A DNA stretch of 64,000 nucleotides from a virus (IMGVR_UViG_3300034062_004592:1-64000), one strand, 5' to 3'. Positions 26,095 to 34,952 are shown, numbered from the stretch's first letter. Numbers and translations: made by a program. The notes: a model not told the origin generated them from the sequence alone.

Positions 26095-26149
26095 TTGCTG
26101 AAGCCACAGCAGGGCCATCGTATTCTCGTTATAGGTGGCCCTTTCTCTA

Positions 26150-26377
26150 ATGCCTGATTACACTGACGATCAACTACTTGCCATGGCAATGGCAAATCTT
26201 GGTGAGTACATCCATGACAACTCACCACATTACATTCTGATTGAAGAAGATCCTCGCAATGAGGATGACTACGATACGTGGAGTTATGGCTGTGAGCCAT
26301 TGCCACATGATCACACTTGGCAACACACATCAATTGATGTGAGTGTAAGCCCAAGTGATGGGGACATGGCGGAATAG
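26150..26377 (+). CDS. acidic hypothetical protein
   Basis: MPDYTDDQLLAMAM...; the 3' end runs into the tRNA. Confidence 0.5.
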   Translation: MPDYTDDQLLAMAMANLGEYIHDNSPHYILIEEDPRNEDDYDTWSYGCEPLPHDHTWQHTSIDVSVSPSDGDMAE

Positions 26378-26445
26378 GTAGACGCAACGGACTTAAAATC
26401 CGTAGGCCATTGGCTGTGAGAGTTCAAGCCTCTCTGTCCCTACCA
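26360..26445 (+). tRNA. trnL: tRNA-Leu (UAA)
   Basis: GGGGACA/TGTCCCT acceptor, D arm TGGCGGAATAGGTAGACGC, anticodon arm ACGGA-CTTAAAA-TCCGT, long variable arm, T arm GAGAG-TTCAAGC-CTCTC, encoded ACCA. Confidence 0.95.
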
Positions 26446-26467
26446 ACCCATACAACAGCTCAACACC

Positions 26468-26830
26468 ATGTCAATCTTTGCTTGCTTTAAGTACATCATC
26501 CCTGAGTTCCATGCATTCAGTGATGACGACAATCGTTACAACCTTGGTGCAACATGGACTGCACAAGATGGACTCAAGGATTATCACAACCTTGAACTAA
26601 GGTATGTCCATAACTCAGAGCGGCTTGCGCTCCAGGGGGATCCACAGCCTGATGGCTCATGGCGTTACGTGGAAGCCAACGGTTCCGTTCATACCATCTC
26701 ACCTGAACGTGCCAAGCATTTCATGGAGCAGACTCATCAGCATGCCACGATCATGTGTGCCATGCTCGACAAGCTTAAAGAGTCAGGGGTTATGAACGAA
26801 CCACTGGACACCCAAGCCAGCCCAGCTTAA
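26468..26830 (+). CDS. hypothetical protein
   Basis: 120-aa ORF with CTCAACACC leader. Confidence 0.6.
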   Translation: MSIFACFKYIIPEFHAFSDDDNRYNLGATWTAQDGLKDYHNLELRYVHNSERLALQGDPQPDGSWRYVEANGSVHTISPERAKHFMEQTHQHATIMCAMLDKLKESGVMNEPLDTQASPA

Positions 26831-26880
26831 ACTCAGTACCTACTCACTACCCTCCGTTACTAACAGCGGAGGGTTTACTC

Positions 26881-27225
26881 ATGGACACACAACCTTCAAA
26901 TGATTACATTGACCTTGATCTTGTTGACAAGGTGCTTGCATTAGTACCAGAGCAGGCATGGTCTTTAGTATTGACCGCTATTGTTAGCGGCATTGTTGAT
27001 GAGATGCCATCGACTGTGCTCCAGGAATTGACTGGAGATGTGGAGGGGTTTGATCGTGCTGAAGAAATCTTGACTTCGTATTACAATGGCACAGATCAAC
27101 GCAATGCTTTAATCCAAGATGCATTCAAACTTATTGGTACAGAAAATACATTGCATCTTTTGGATGCAATGCAATTAAACAAGTATGTTGAATCTCTTGA
27201 ACTTAACACTGAAACCAATGACTGA
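26881..27225 (+). CDS. acidic hypothetical protein
   Basis: 114 aa; preceded by hairpin ACCCTCCG/CGGAGGGT. Confidence 0.6.
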   Translation: MDTQPSNDYIDLDLVDKVLALVPEQAWSLVLTAIVSGIVDEMPSTVLQELTGDVEGFDRAEEILTSYYNGTDQRNALIQDAFKLIGTENTLHLLDAMQLNKYVESLELNTETND

Positions 27226-27412
27226 ACTATCACCACAAGCGCAGGCGGTGTTGGATGCTGCCGACTCCGCATTTGACCAAGCTGGAACAACTCGCCAAGG
27301 CATTGCCGCCGCCCTTCGCAGGGCTGCTGGTTATTTGTTTCCAAACGACACAGCTAAACAGTGCTACGACCGTCTCCTCGCAATCGCCACCGAACTGGAT
27401 GACCAGCAATGA
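27218..27412 (+). CDS. LSPAAQAVLDA-family cassette protein A2
   Basis: MTELSPQAQAVLDA / IAAALRRAA / LLAIATELD. Confidence 0.7.
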   Translation: MTELSPQAQAVLDAADSAFDQAGTTRQGIAAALRRAAGYLFPNDTAKQCYDRLLAIATELDDQQ

Positions 27413-27666
27413 CTGAACTATCGCCACAAGCGCAGGCAGTACTAGATGCCTATCGCAGCATTTGGCTAGATGAACCATTGGAGTGTGACGTGGAGTGCCT
27501 CGCCGCCGCCCTGCTGGCTGCTGCGGATCAGGTGGTGCCTGATGAATCTCATCCTGGAGAATCTCAATTTTGGGATGATGAAGCAGAGCAGGAATGGCAA
27601 AACAATCGTCATGTTCGCCTCCAATTCCTCGCCATCGCCGCCGAGCTGGAGGGTGGCAATGACTGA
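27409..27666 (+). CDS. LSPAAQAVLDA-family cassette protein A3
   Basis: MTELSPQAQAVLDA / LAAALLAAADQVVP / FLAIAAELEG. Confidence 0.7.
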   Translation: MTELSPQAQAVLDAYRSIWLDEPLECDVECLAAALLAAADQVVPDESHPGESQFWDDEAEQEWQNNRHVRLQFLAIAAELEGGND

Positions 27667-28024
27667 CTTTCGTGCGCTGTGCGCTGAGCTGCTAGCTGAC
27701 TATGACAACTGCCACTACCGTTCCGAGTTGAGTGACCGCGCCCGCGCCGCCCTGGCTCAGCCCGAGCCGCAGGGGCCTAAGTTGGTTTATCGCTACAGCC
27801 CGGTCACTATTGCCGAGTGCGGTGGCCCGTGCGAGCAAGGCCCTCAATACTGCGACTGCGGCGAAATAAAGGGCGAACCTGCGCCCGTCCCGGTGGCGCC
27901 TACGGATGAGGAGCTGTGGGACCTGTACCAACACCTGGGAAGTTACTTTTCTCCTACGGAGTTTGCTCGTACAGTTCTCGCCCGCTGGGGCACACCCACC
28001 AATACTATTAACCAGGAGGACTAA
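27659..28024 (+). CDS. MTDFRALCAEL-family cassette protein
   Basis: MTDFRALCAELL..RARAALAQPEPQGP..PTDEEL..FARTVLARWG with a Cys-rich insert (CGGPCEQGPQYCDCG). Confidence 0.65.
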   Translation: MTDFRALCAELLADYDNCHYRSELSDRARAALAQPEPQGPKLVYRYSPVTIAECGGPCEQGPQYCDCGEIKGEPAPVPVAPTDEELWDLYQHLGSYFSPTEFARTVLARWGTPTNTINQED

Positions 28025-28314
28025 TGGCCATGGAAATCCAAACACTTCGCGGCAACTTTTCTCAATTCAGCAAAGGTTTGTCAATTCGCGTATCAGACGG
28101 AAATGCAACGCTTGATACTTACATTGACCGCAAGGAATTGCGAGCTTTTGCTGCCATGCTTGTTGACATTGCCGATGACGCACTTTCCAAGATTGGAGAA
28201 GAAGCTCAAGATTGCCAATCGAAACTACGCGACTGTCTTGAGGATCTGCAAAGCGGCGATTGGAAAGCTCCCCTTGTCGAGCCGGTGCCTGTAGTGGAAG
28301 GTGCCGATGACTGA
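28024..28314 (+). CDS. hypothetical protein
   Basis: 96 aa; GGAGGA SD. Confidence 0.6.
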   Translation: MAMEIQTLRGNFSQFSKGLSIRVSDGNATLDTYIDRKELRAFAAMLVDIADDALSKIGEEAQDCQSKLRDCLEDLQSGDWKAPLVEPVPVVEGADD

Positions 28315-28420
28315 CGCCCTGCTCGCCCTCGCCCTGCTGCTCGCCCTCGGCGCAGCGTTTGAACTAAGTGTGAAAGTAATTTTTGTTAAGTTACTACCGC
28401 TGTTGCTTAGGTTGCATTAA
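28307..28420 (+). CDS. 37-aa hydrophobic membrane peptide
   Basis: MTDALLALALLLALGAAFELSVKVIFVKLLPLLLRLH; ATGA and TAATG couplings. Confidence 0.5.
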   Translation: MTDALLALALLLALGAAFELSVKVIFVKLLPLLLRLH

Positions 28421-28767
28421 TGAAATGTCGTCAATGTAATAGCAAGAACACACGTGTTACTTGCACTGATCACTTTGATACATTCACCAAGCGTTACTGC
28501 AGATGCCTCGATTGCAATTCAAAGTTTCGAACTGTTGAATACTATGAAGAACGGAAGCCTGGCCCCCCGCCTGGCACACCAAGAACACGTAACATAACGC
28601 GTGGTGAGTCCCATGGTTCTGTAGTATTTCAAGAGAAGGACATCCGCATGATGCGCACTCTCTACCAACAAGGCACAACCTTGGTATCCATCGCAACTAA
28701 ATACGGGACAAGTTCTTCTTACGTGTCACGCATTGTCAACTACAAATCATGGAGCCACATTAAATGA
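28420..28767 (+). CDS. NrdR-like Zn ribbon plus HTH transcription regulator
   Basis: MKCRQCNSKNTRV..RYCRCLDCNSKFRTVE, then IATKYGTSSSYVSRIVNYKSW. Confidence 0.65.
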   Translation: MKCRQCNSKNTRVTCTDHFDTFTKRYCRCLDCNSKFRTVEYYEERKPGPPPGTPRTRNITRGESHGSVVFQEKDIRMMRTLYQQGTTLVSIATKYGTSSSYVSRIVNYKSWSHIK

Positions 28768-29060
28768 CCAGTGCCAAGTATGACTTCAACATTGGTGATC
28801 GCGTAGCCGAGCGTCCCAAGTCACATGGGTTGTTTGCTGTAAGTAAAGAAGCTGAGGAGATTGTTAAACGCAATAGGTCTCAAAGGTATGGCACTATTGT
28901 TGGCTATGATACACAGCTAAACAAAAGTGGTAAGCGCATGAACATGTTGCTTGTGCAATGGGATCACCTCAAGTCCCCAATGAAACATGCAAGGTGTAGG
29001 ATCTGTCCCATTGATCAGCTTGCTACATTGACAAAACAAATCATTGTCCCAGGGGAATGA
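28764..29060 (+). CDS. SH3-like hypothetical protein
   Basis: FNIGDRV...YGTIVG...LLVQWD. Confidence 0.55.
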   Translation: MTSAKYDFNIGDRVAERPKSHGLFAVSKEAEEIVKRNRSQRYGTIVGYDTQLNKSGKRMNMLLVQWDHLKSPMKHARCRICPIDQLATLTKQIIVPGE

Positions 29061-29713
29061 CCATGAACGCATCACTTGTTTGGGTCACGCCTCAAGCCGA
29101 AAAGTTGATCACACGCATGGCTCGGGTGTCAGCTCCAAAGAACCAAGACAATATGGATACAGCTCCTAAATTATTGCGGTACTTATTAAAACATAAACAC
29201 TACTCTCCGTACGAAATGGCTAACATGTGTGTTGAAATCAACACAACACGTGCAATATCTGCACAGATTATTCGCCATCGTTCGTTTAGCTTTCAAGAAT
29301 TCAGTCAGCGCTACGCAGATATCAATGAGCTTGGCTCAGCTGTTATCCCACACCTGCGCCGTCAAGACCACAGCAACAGACAAAACAGTATCGACGACTT
29401 GACATCAGAAGATGTTGCCAACTTCTATCGGCGCATCAGTCAACTCTTTGAGGATACTGAGCATCTCTATCGTGAGATGGTAAGTCATGGCATTGCCAAA
29501 GAGTGCGCCAGGAACATCTTGCCGATGGGTACGCAGACTAAGATCTACATGAACGGTTCGCTCCGTTCGTGGATACATTACCTGCAGCTAAGAACTTCCA
29601 ATGGAACCCAAGTAGAACATAAACAAATCGCAGAAGAAATCAAACAAATCTTCTGTGCACAATTCCCAGTCATTGGAGAAGCTGTGTTCTCAGGAGATCC
29701 AGGGATTGCCTGA
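29057..29713 (+). CDS. thyX: FAD-dependent thymidylate synthase
   Basis: H.SPYE, RHRSFSFQEFSQRY (RHRx7S) signature, ECARNILP, GSLRSWIHY. Confidence 0.95.
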   Translation: MTMNASLVWVTPQAEKLITRMARVSAPKNQDNMDTAPKLLRYLLKHKHYSPYEMANMCVEINTTRAISAQIIRHRSFSFQEFSQRYADINELGSAVIPHLRRQDHSNRQNSIDDLTSEDVANFYRRISQLFEDTEHLYREMVSHGIAKECARNILPMGTQTKIYMNGSLRSWIHYLQLRTSNGTQVEHKQIAEEIKQIFCAQFPVIGEAVFSGDPGIA

Positions 29714-29738
29714 GGATTCTTTTAGTCAGCCCGTTGAA

Positions 29739-29858
29739 TCAGACAACAACTTCAGCAGGTTGTTTTTTTAATTCCTTAATGGCACGCTTGGACTCTACAT
29801 CCTTGCGTGTTTGTTTTTTCTTTTGGTTTGCCAGGTACACAAGCAGTGCTTGATCCAT
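29739..29858 (-). CDS. 39-aa basic peptide
   Basis: MDQALLVYLANQKKKQTRKDVESKRAIKELKKQPAEVVV fills the gap; TAAACT upstream. Confidence 0.45.
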   Translation of the reverse strand: MDQALLVYLANQKKKQTRKDVESKRAIKELKKQPAEVVV

Positions 29859-29928
29859 TATTCTGTATCTGTTGTTACTGAAGTTTACTCCAATTGACGT
29901 ACACCATGTCGTTCACTGTGTAACACAA

Positions 29929-30165
29929 ATGACACCAAACGAATACCAACGCAACGCACGTTTTAATTATTTGGCAAAGCATGATCACTTTGCTAAACCA
30001 GATGACTTTATTGAAGTAACCGAATGGTACAACGGTGAAGGCTTTGATGTACAACTCAGCACCAACGCTGGTGAACAACGTATGTCATTTAGCTGGGGTG
30101 AATACCAAGCATTGAAAGCAACCCTTGGTGACTGGGCTGAAAACAATCTGGAGAATGAAGAATGA
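29929..30165 (+). CDS. hypothetical phage protein
   Basis: DFIEVTEWYNGEGFDV motif; ATG at 29929. Confidence 0.6.
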   Translation: MTPNEYQRNARFNYLAKHDHFAKPDDFIEVTEWYNGEGFDVQLSTNAGEQRMSFSWGEYQALKATLGDWAENNLENEE

Positions 30166-30485
30166 CTAATCAACACCCTATCACCCTACCGCCGGAGTTG
30201 GTAGAGCAGTGGTATTCTAATTCACCACTAGACCGAGGCTTAACTGTTGCCACCCAAGCCGCACAATGGGGAGCCGACCAAGAACTGGAGGCGTGTTGTG
30301 AGTGGCTTAATGGCGGATCAAAAATTGATTACGACACTGCTGCGTTACTCCGCGCCGCCCGCCGCCCCAAGCCGCCGAGCTTGAAGGAGCAGGCGCTTGG
30401 CATCCTCGATGTGGCTCACCACGATGTTTTAGAAGATGATCAAATAGCAACTATCCGCCGCGCACTGGAGTCGATCAATGATTGA
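30162..30485 (+). CDS. GADQELEAC-family cassette protein B1
   Basis: PITLPPELVEQW / AAQWGADQELEACCEWL / LRAARRPKPPSLKEQAL / IRRALE. Confidence 0.7.
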   Translation: MTNQHPITLPPELVEQWYSNSPLDRGLTVATQAAQWGADQELEACCEWLNGGSKIDYDTAALLRAARRPKPPSLKEQALGILDVAHHDVLEDDQIATIRRALESIND

Positions 30486-30639
30486 CATCAACAGCTATGG
30501 CGGACAAATCGGGCGCATTATGTGGCAGAACACTTGGAACGAGCTATGGGGATACACTGGTTTCTGGGACAAGAATCCAGGAAAGAAAGGTCGATTTATT
30601 CTTTGGTGTATTCGACCGCGCACTGGAGGCGCTACCTGA
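30478..30639 (+). CDS. Trp-rich small protein (53 aa)
   Basis: MIDINSYGGQIGRIMWQNTWNELWGYTGFWDK...; ends inside the 30-bp junction repeat. Confidence 0.5.
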   Translation: MIDINSYGGQIGRIMWQNTWNELWGYTGFWDKNPGKKGRFILWCIRPRTGGAT

Positions 30640-31007
30640 ATGACTAAACAAATCAACGGTGACAAGTTGTTTGTCATTGATCCACACCCTGCTATTCCAC
30701 CTGCTGATCAACTAAAGAAGTGGGAAGACAAATGGTTTGACGAAGAAGAACATGCTGATGTTCTGTTGATCCAAGCGTTTCAAGCAGGCGCCGACCAGGA
30801 GCTGGAGGCGTGCGTCGGATGGCTTGACCGAAATGGTTACTTCGATTCTGCGCATGAACTCCGCGCCGCCCGCCGCCCCAAACCGTCGAGCTTGAAAAAG
30901 CAAGCGTTAGTTGATCTTTATGATATCTACACCAGCCAGCCCTTCCCTGTGGGAGATAATCGCTTTAACTGTATCCGCCGCGCACTGGAGGCGCTACCTG
31001 AATGACT
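30616..31007 (+). repeat. 30-bp perfect direct repeat (30616-30645 and 30978-31007)
   Basis: CCGCGCACTGGAGGCGCTACCTGAATGACT. Confidence 0.9.
30640..31005 (+). CDS. GADQELEAC-family cassette protein B2
   Basis: AFQAGADQELEACVGWL / LRAARRPKPSSLKKQAL / IRRALEALPE. Confidence 0.7.
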   Translation: MTKQINGDKLFVIDPHPAIPPADQLKKWEDKWFDEEEHADVLLIQAFQAGADQELEACVGWLDRNGYFDSAHELRAARRPKPSSLKKQALVDLYDIYTSQPFPVGDNRFNCIRRALEALPE

Positions 31008-31247
31008 GACTTATCACCACAAGTGCAGGCGGTGTACGACTCAATGCGCGCCGCCACCACAATCGTTCCAACCCGCGTTGAATCTGGTGTTCCGGTCGCC
31101 TATCGACTGGCCCGGTATCGCACCACCGAAGGTGCTGTTCACCTCAAGCTCCAGGGCGCCTACCGATGGAAACAAGGGGCCAGCAGCGGGATTGAGTGGA
31201 GAGACATTGAAACCGTCGATCTTGACCAGGAGGCCGACAATGGCTGA
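31002..31247 (+). CDS. chimeric cassette protein (family A N-terminus on an unrelated body)
   Basis: MTDLSPQVQAVYD followed by a different sequence. Confidence 0.6.
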   Translation: MTDLSPQVQAVYDSMRAATTIVPTRVESGVPVAYRLARYRTTEGAVHLKLQGAYRWKQGASSGIEWRDIETVDLDQEADNG

Positions 31248-31488
31248 ACCTCTCTCCCCCGCCGCTCAGGCGGTGTTGGATGCCGCTAATGCTTCCGCAA
31301 CTAATGCGTGGTCTGATGCCACTCACCAACGCTTTAGGTCTGGTGTAGCCGCAGCCCTGCAAGCTGCTGCGAATCAGGCGGTGCCAGATGACGGTGTGGC
31401 GTCATCTATTGAACGCATTGTTGAAAAGCGCATCCAAACCAAACTTCTCGCCATTGCCGCCGAGCTGGAGGGTGTGACCTCACGGTGA
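31240..31488 (+). CDS. LSPAAQAVLDA-family cassette protein A4
   Basis: MAEPLSPAAQAVLDA / VAAALQAAANQAVP / LLAIAAELEG; AGGAGG SD. Confidence 0.7.
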   Translation: MAEPLSPAAQAVLDAANASATNAWSDATHQRFRSGVAAALQAAANQAVPDDGVASSIERIVEKRIQTKLLAIAAELEGVTSR

Positions 31489-31552
31489 TCAAGCCGCAAG
31501 GTCATTCGCTTGCTAGCCAGGGGAAGCAGCAGAAACCCTGACTCCCTCGGGG

Positions 31553-31582
31553 TTGACGCTGCTCTGCTACACCCCAGATAAT
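31553..31582 (+). promoter_or_regulatory. sigma70-type promoter
   Basis: TTGACG-18 nt-GATAAT; predicted +1 at about 31588, the first base of a pseudoknot. Confidence 0.55.
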
Positions 31583-31587
31583 CATAC

Positions 31588-31616
31588 ACGTCCTAAGCAT
31601 GACGTTAAACTGTTGG
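31588..31616 (+). ncRNA. H-type pseudoknot leader motif
   Basis: ACGTC-CTAAGCAT-GACGT-TAAAC-TGTTGG. Confidence 0.6.
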
Positions 31617-31635
31617 TCAACTCAACTCAACTACC

Positions 31636-32403
31636 ATGAAACTTCTTAAGTTTTCTACCGGCAACGGCAAGCTCAAGAATCGTTTGATCTTCTCGCTCCC
31701 AGCGGGATACGCCTGCCCTCACGCAGGTGTGTGTAAGACCATGGCCGATCGTGCCACTGGTTCTATCATTGATCTGCCACAACACAACGGCACAACAGCA
31801 GATGAGTTCCGCTGCTTTGCTGCCATGGCAGAAGTTAGGCCAAACGTACGGGAGGCACGCTGGCACAACTGGGATCTGTTGCGTGGTGTTATGTATGGCA
31901 ATGGAAACCAAGCGTTGTTGTTGCGTGATCTAATTGACATGTCGCTCAGCATGCAACCACCAAAAGAACTGGTGCGTGTCCACGAGTCAGGAGATTTCTG
32001 GACTGAGAACTATCTCAAGGCATGGCTGATGGTTGCCAAGCAACGCCCCAAGCAAAAGTTCTATGCCTATACCAAGTCTCTTGGGATGTGGTACAACCTT
32101 AAAGATCTGATACCATCCAACTTTTATCTTACCGCATCTTACGGTGGTACGTTGGATTACATGCTGCCCAAGTATCCAGACGTTTATACACGCATTGCGT
32201 ATGTGGTGTACACGGAAGAAGAAGCAGCAGAGCGTGGACTTGAGATCGACCATGACGATAGCCACTGCCTTGGTGATAAGCCATTCGCACTCTTGGTTCA
32301 TGGGTCCCAGAGGGCTGGTACTCCTGCATCCCAAGCGTTGTCTCAACGCAAGAAGGATGGGAAGTTTGTCGGGTACGGTAAATCAATGCAGAAGATATCC
32401 TGA
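31636..32403 (+). CDS. GP88-family (radical-SAM-like Fe-S) protein
   Basis: FSLPAGYACPHAGVC...CFA, VRVHESGDF, FYAYTK. Confidence 0.7.
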   Translation: MKLLKFSTGNGKLKNRLIFSLPAGYACPHAGVCKTMADRATGSIIDLPQHNGTTADEFRCFAAMAEVRPNVREARWHNWDLLRGVMYGNGNQALLLRDLIDMSLSMQPPKELVRVHESGDFWTENYLKAWLMVAKQRPKQKFYAYTKSLGMWYNLKDLIPSNFYLTASYGGTLDYMLPKYPDVYTRIAYVVYTEEEAAERGLEIDHDDSHCLGDKPFALLVHGSQRAGTPASQALSQRKKDGKFVGYGKSMQKIS

Positions 32404-32459
32404 ATATCTTGCATTGACAAACAGGTCTGATAACATCTGACAGTTATCTTCTTTTTCAA

Positions 32460-32693
32460 ATGAGCTACGTCATTGTCTCCTGGAAATCAGGAGCGCCGCA
32501 TGCGGTACATGCATGCAACAAAACTAACTCTTTCCAGTTGGTTCCATTAGACTCTGACGTAGCTCTTACCAAGATTTTTTCGCATCCGTATCGTGCGGGT
32601 GCGCAACAAATTTTAAATTGGATTAACAAGAATGATGACCAGCTCGCCCGTCAAGAACTCGACGTTTATGATGAAGCCCAGTTCAGGAAATGA
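32460..32693 (+). CDS. hypothetical protein
   Basis: 77-aa ORF. Confidence 0.6.
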   Translation: MSYVIVSWKSGAPHAVHACNKTNSFQLVPLDSDVALTKIFSHPYRAGAQQILNWINKNDDQLARQELDVYDEAQFRK

Positions 32694-33148
32694 CTAATAC
32701 AAAAATCTGTTCAGGTTGCAAACAAGAAAAACCTTTGTCATGTTTTTACTTACGTAGTGATTCTAAAAACTACAGAAGCAATTGTAAAAATTGCACAAAA
32801 ATTAAACAAGCAAGAAAGTGGGCTAATGATTTTGAATTTAAAAAACGTGGCATTGCAAGACAACGTCGTTGGCAACGTCAAAAATTTTATGGTCTTTCTT
32901 TACAGCAAGAGCAAGAACTTTTAAAAATACAAAACAATGCTTGTGAAATTTGTAAAAAACAATTTCAATCTGATGCAGATTACCATGTTGATCATTGCCA
33001 TAAAACAAATGTAATCCGAGGATTGCTTTGTCCTGGTTGCAACAAAGCGTTAGGATTATTCAAAGAAAACCCTGAAGCACTTAGGCAAGCAGCTATTTAT
33101 GTCGAAAGTCAAGGAGTCACGTTTCCAGCTAAAACCAAATCCAAATGA
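32690..33148 (+). mobile_element. endonuclease VII-family homing endonuclease gene
   Basis: KICSGC..CKNC Zn finger, CEIC..HVDHCHKTNVIRGLLCPGCNKALG; AT-rich compared with neighbours. Confidence 0.85.
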
Positions 33149-34952
33149 AACGTTTTTAGTTTTTGATTGTGAAACCAATGGTTTGTATGATCAAGCTACT
33201 GTTGTTCATTGTCTTGTGATCTATGACGTCAACAAGCAACAAACTTTTACTTATGGGCCTGAGTCTATTGATGCTGCTCTTGCTCATTTGGCAACTGCCA
33301 CTTGTCTTATAGGACATAATATTTGTTTTTTTGACATTCCTGTACTAACAAAGCTTTATCCTACTTTCACACACAATGCCAGGGTCATCGATACACTTGT
33401 GTGCACTCGATTGATCTGGCCAAAGGAATTACTCAATGACCTTGACACAGAACAATATCCGCAGGTTCCATCGAAACTGCGGGGATCAGCTTCTCTTAAG
33501 GCCTGGGGATGGCGCCTGGCCGATAACAAAATCAACTTTAAAGACTTCTCGCAATACTCTGAGGAAATGTTGGAGTACTGTGTCCAGGACGTTGTCATTA
33601 CTACCAGGCTTTGGCAAAAGATCGCAGACGAATACTATCCGCAATCAGCGCTCAAACTTGAGCATGACTTTGCTATCGCAATTAACCGACAAATTAGATC
33701 AGGTATTCCTTTTGATGTTGATGCATCTCTTGATCTTGTGGATGAACTACGCACAAAGCAACAAGACATCGAGACAAAGCTAAAAGAAATCTTTCCGCCA
33801 ATCAAACATGAAACAGTATTCATTCCAAAGGTCAACAACAAAACCAGGGGTTATGTCAAAGGTGAACCATTTGTCAAGGTTCATTATGAAGAATTCAACC
33901 CTGGTTCTCGTCAGCAAATTGTTGATCGTCTACAAGAAAAATACGGATGGGCTCCTGAAAAAACAACTGAGAAAGGTAATCCAATTCTTGATGACGATGT
34001 ACTTGAATCACTTCCATATCCAGAGGCCCAAGTACTGGCTCAATACATGCTGGTCAAAAAACGTCTGGGACAAATCGTAGATGGCAACAACGCTTGGAAC
34101 AAGTTGGTTAATAACGACACTGGTCGCATGCACGGTGATGTTGTTACTAATGGTTGTATCACTGGCCGCTGCGCTCATCGCAACCCAAACATGGGTCAAG
34201 TCCCTGCTGGTTACTCACCTTACGGTAAAGAATGCCGTTCTTTTTTCCATGCTCCTATGGGTTGGCAGCTACTTGGTATCGATGCCAAAGCGTTAGAGCT
34301 ACGTTGTCTTGCTGGATATCTAGCCATTTGGGATGGCGGTGAGTACGCCAAGCTTGTTGTTAATCCTGAATCAGATATCCATACAATCAACCAGGAACTA
34401 TTTGGCGTGGCTACCAGGGATATTTCTAAGCGTTTGCTTTATGGATTGTTGTATGGAGCTGGTGCACTAAAGGCTGGCACGATTGTGGATCCGAATGAAA
34501 AAGATGAAACAGTTCTGCGTCAACTAGGAAGGACTGCAATCAATTCATTCATGAAAGGTGTACCTGCATTGCGTCACCTCAAGGAACAAATTGAGAATAC
34601 ACTTGCAGAACGCACGTATTTGATTGGGCTTGATGGTCGGCATTTGTATTGTCGTTCAGCGTTTAAAGGATTGAATGTGTTGTTGCAATCAGCAGGTGCA
34701 ATCCTTATGAAGCAAGTTGTTATTACAATTCAAAACAACATCACCAATAACTTGGGCCTGGTGTATGGAGAAGACTGGGAACAAATGCTGATGATTCATG
34801 ATGAAGTTCAGTTGGCTGCCAAGCCGGAACACATCTTAAAGATCCAGGAGCAGGCAATGGCTGCGTTCCCACAAGCACAGGAATTCTTTGGGTTCAGGTG
34901 TTTGATTGAAGGCGACTCTCGTGTAGGATCCAACTGGTCTGAAACCCATTGA
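33099..34952 (+). CDS. polA: DNA polymerase family A with 3'-5' exonuclease (T7-like)
   Basis: ExoI FDCETNG, GHN..FD, YCVQD; motif A DAKALELR, motif B KRLLYGLLYG, motif C IHDEVQ. Confidence 0.95.
   Translation: MSKVKESRFQLKPNPNETFLVFDCETNGLYDQATVVHCLVIYDVNKQQTFTYGPESIDAALAHLATATCLIGHNICFFDIPVLTKLYPTFTHNARVIDTLVCTRLIWPKELLNDLDTEQYPQVPSKLRGSASLKAWGWRLADNKINFKDFSQYSEEMLEYCVQDVVITTRLWQKIADEYYPQSALKLEHDFAIAINRQIRSGIPFDVDASLDLVDELRTKQQDIETKLKEIFPPIKHETVFIPKVNNKTRGYVKGEPFVKVHYEEFNPGSRQQIVDRLQEKYGWAPEKTTEKGNPILDDDVLESLPYPEAQVLAQYMLVKKRLGQIVDGNNAWNKLVNNDTGRMHGDVVTNGCITGRCAHRNPNMGQVPAGYSPYGKECRSFFHAPMGWQLLGIDAKALELRCLAGYLAIWDGGEYAKLVVNPESDIHTINQELFGVATRDISKRLLYGLLYGAGALKAGTIVDPNEKDETVLRQLGRTAINSFMKGVPALRHLKEQIENTLAERTYLIGLDGRHLYCRSAFKGLNVLLQSAGAILMKQVVITIQNNITNNLGLVYGEDWEQMLMIHDEVQLAAKPEHILKIQEQAMAAFPQAQEFFGFRCLIEGDSRVGSNWSETH

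Noticed and set aside
21667-31488. Diversity-generating retroelement or integron as the explanation for the cassette families
   Set aside because: No reverse transcriptase, no adenine-specific TR/VR pair, no tyrosine integrase and no attC-like sites were recognised in the window
32690-33148. Group I intron or ribosomal bypass in the polymerase gene
   Set aside because: The endonuclease ORF fills the whole insert, leaving no room for an intron core, and the polymerase has its own ATG with all exonuclease motifs downstream
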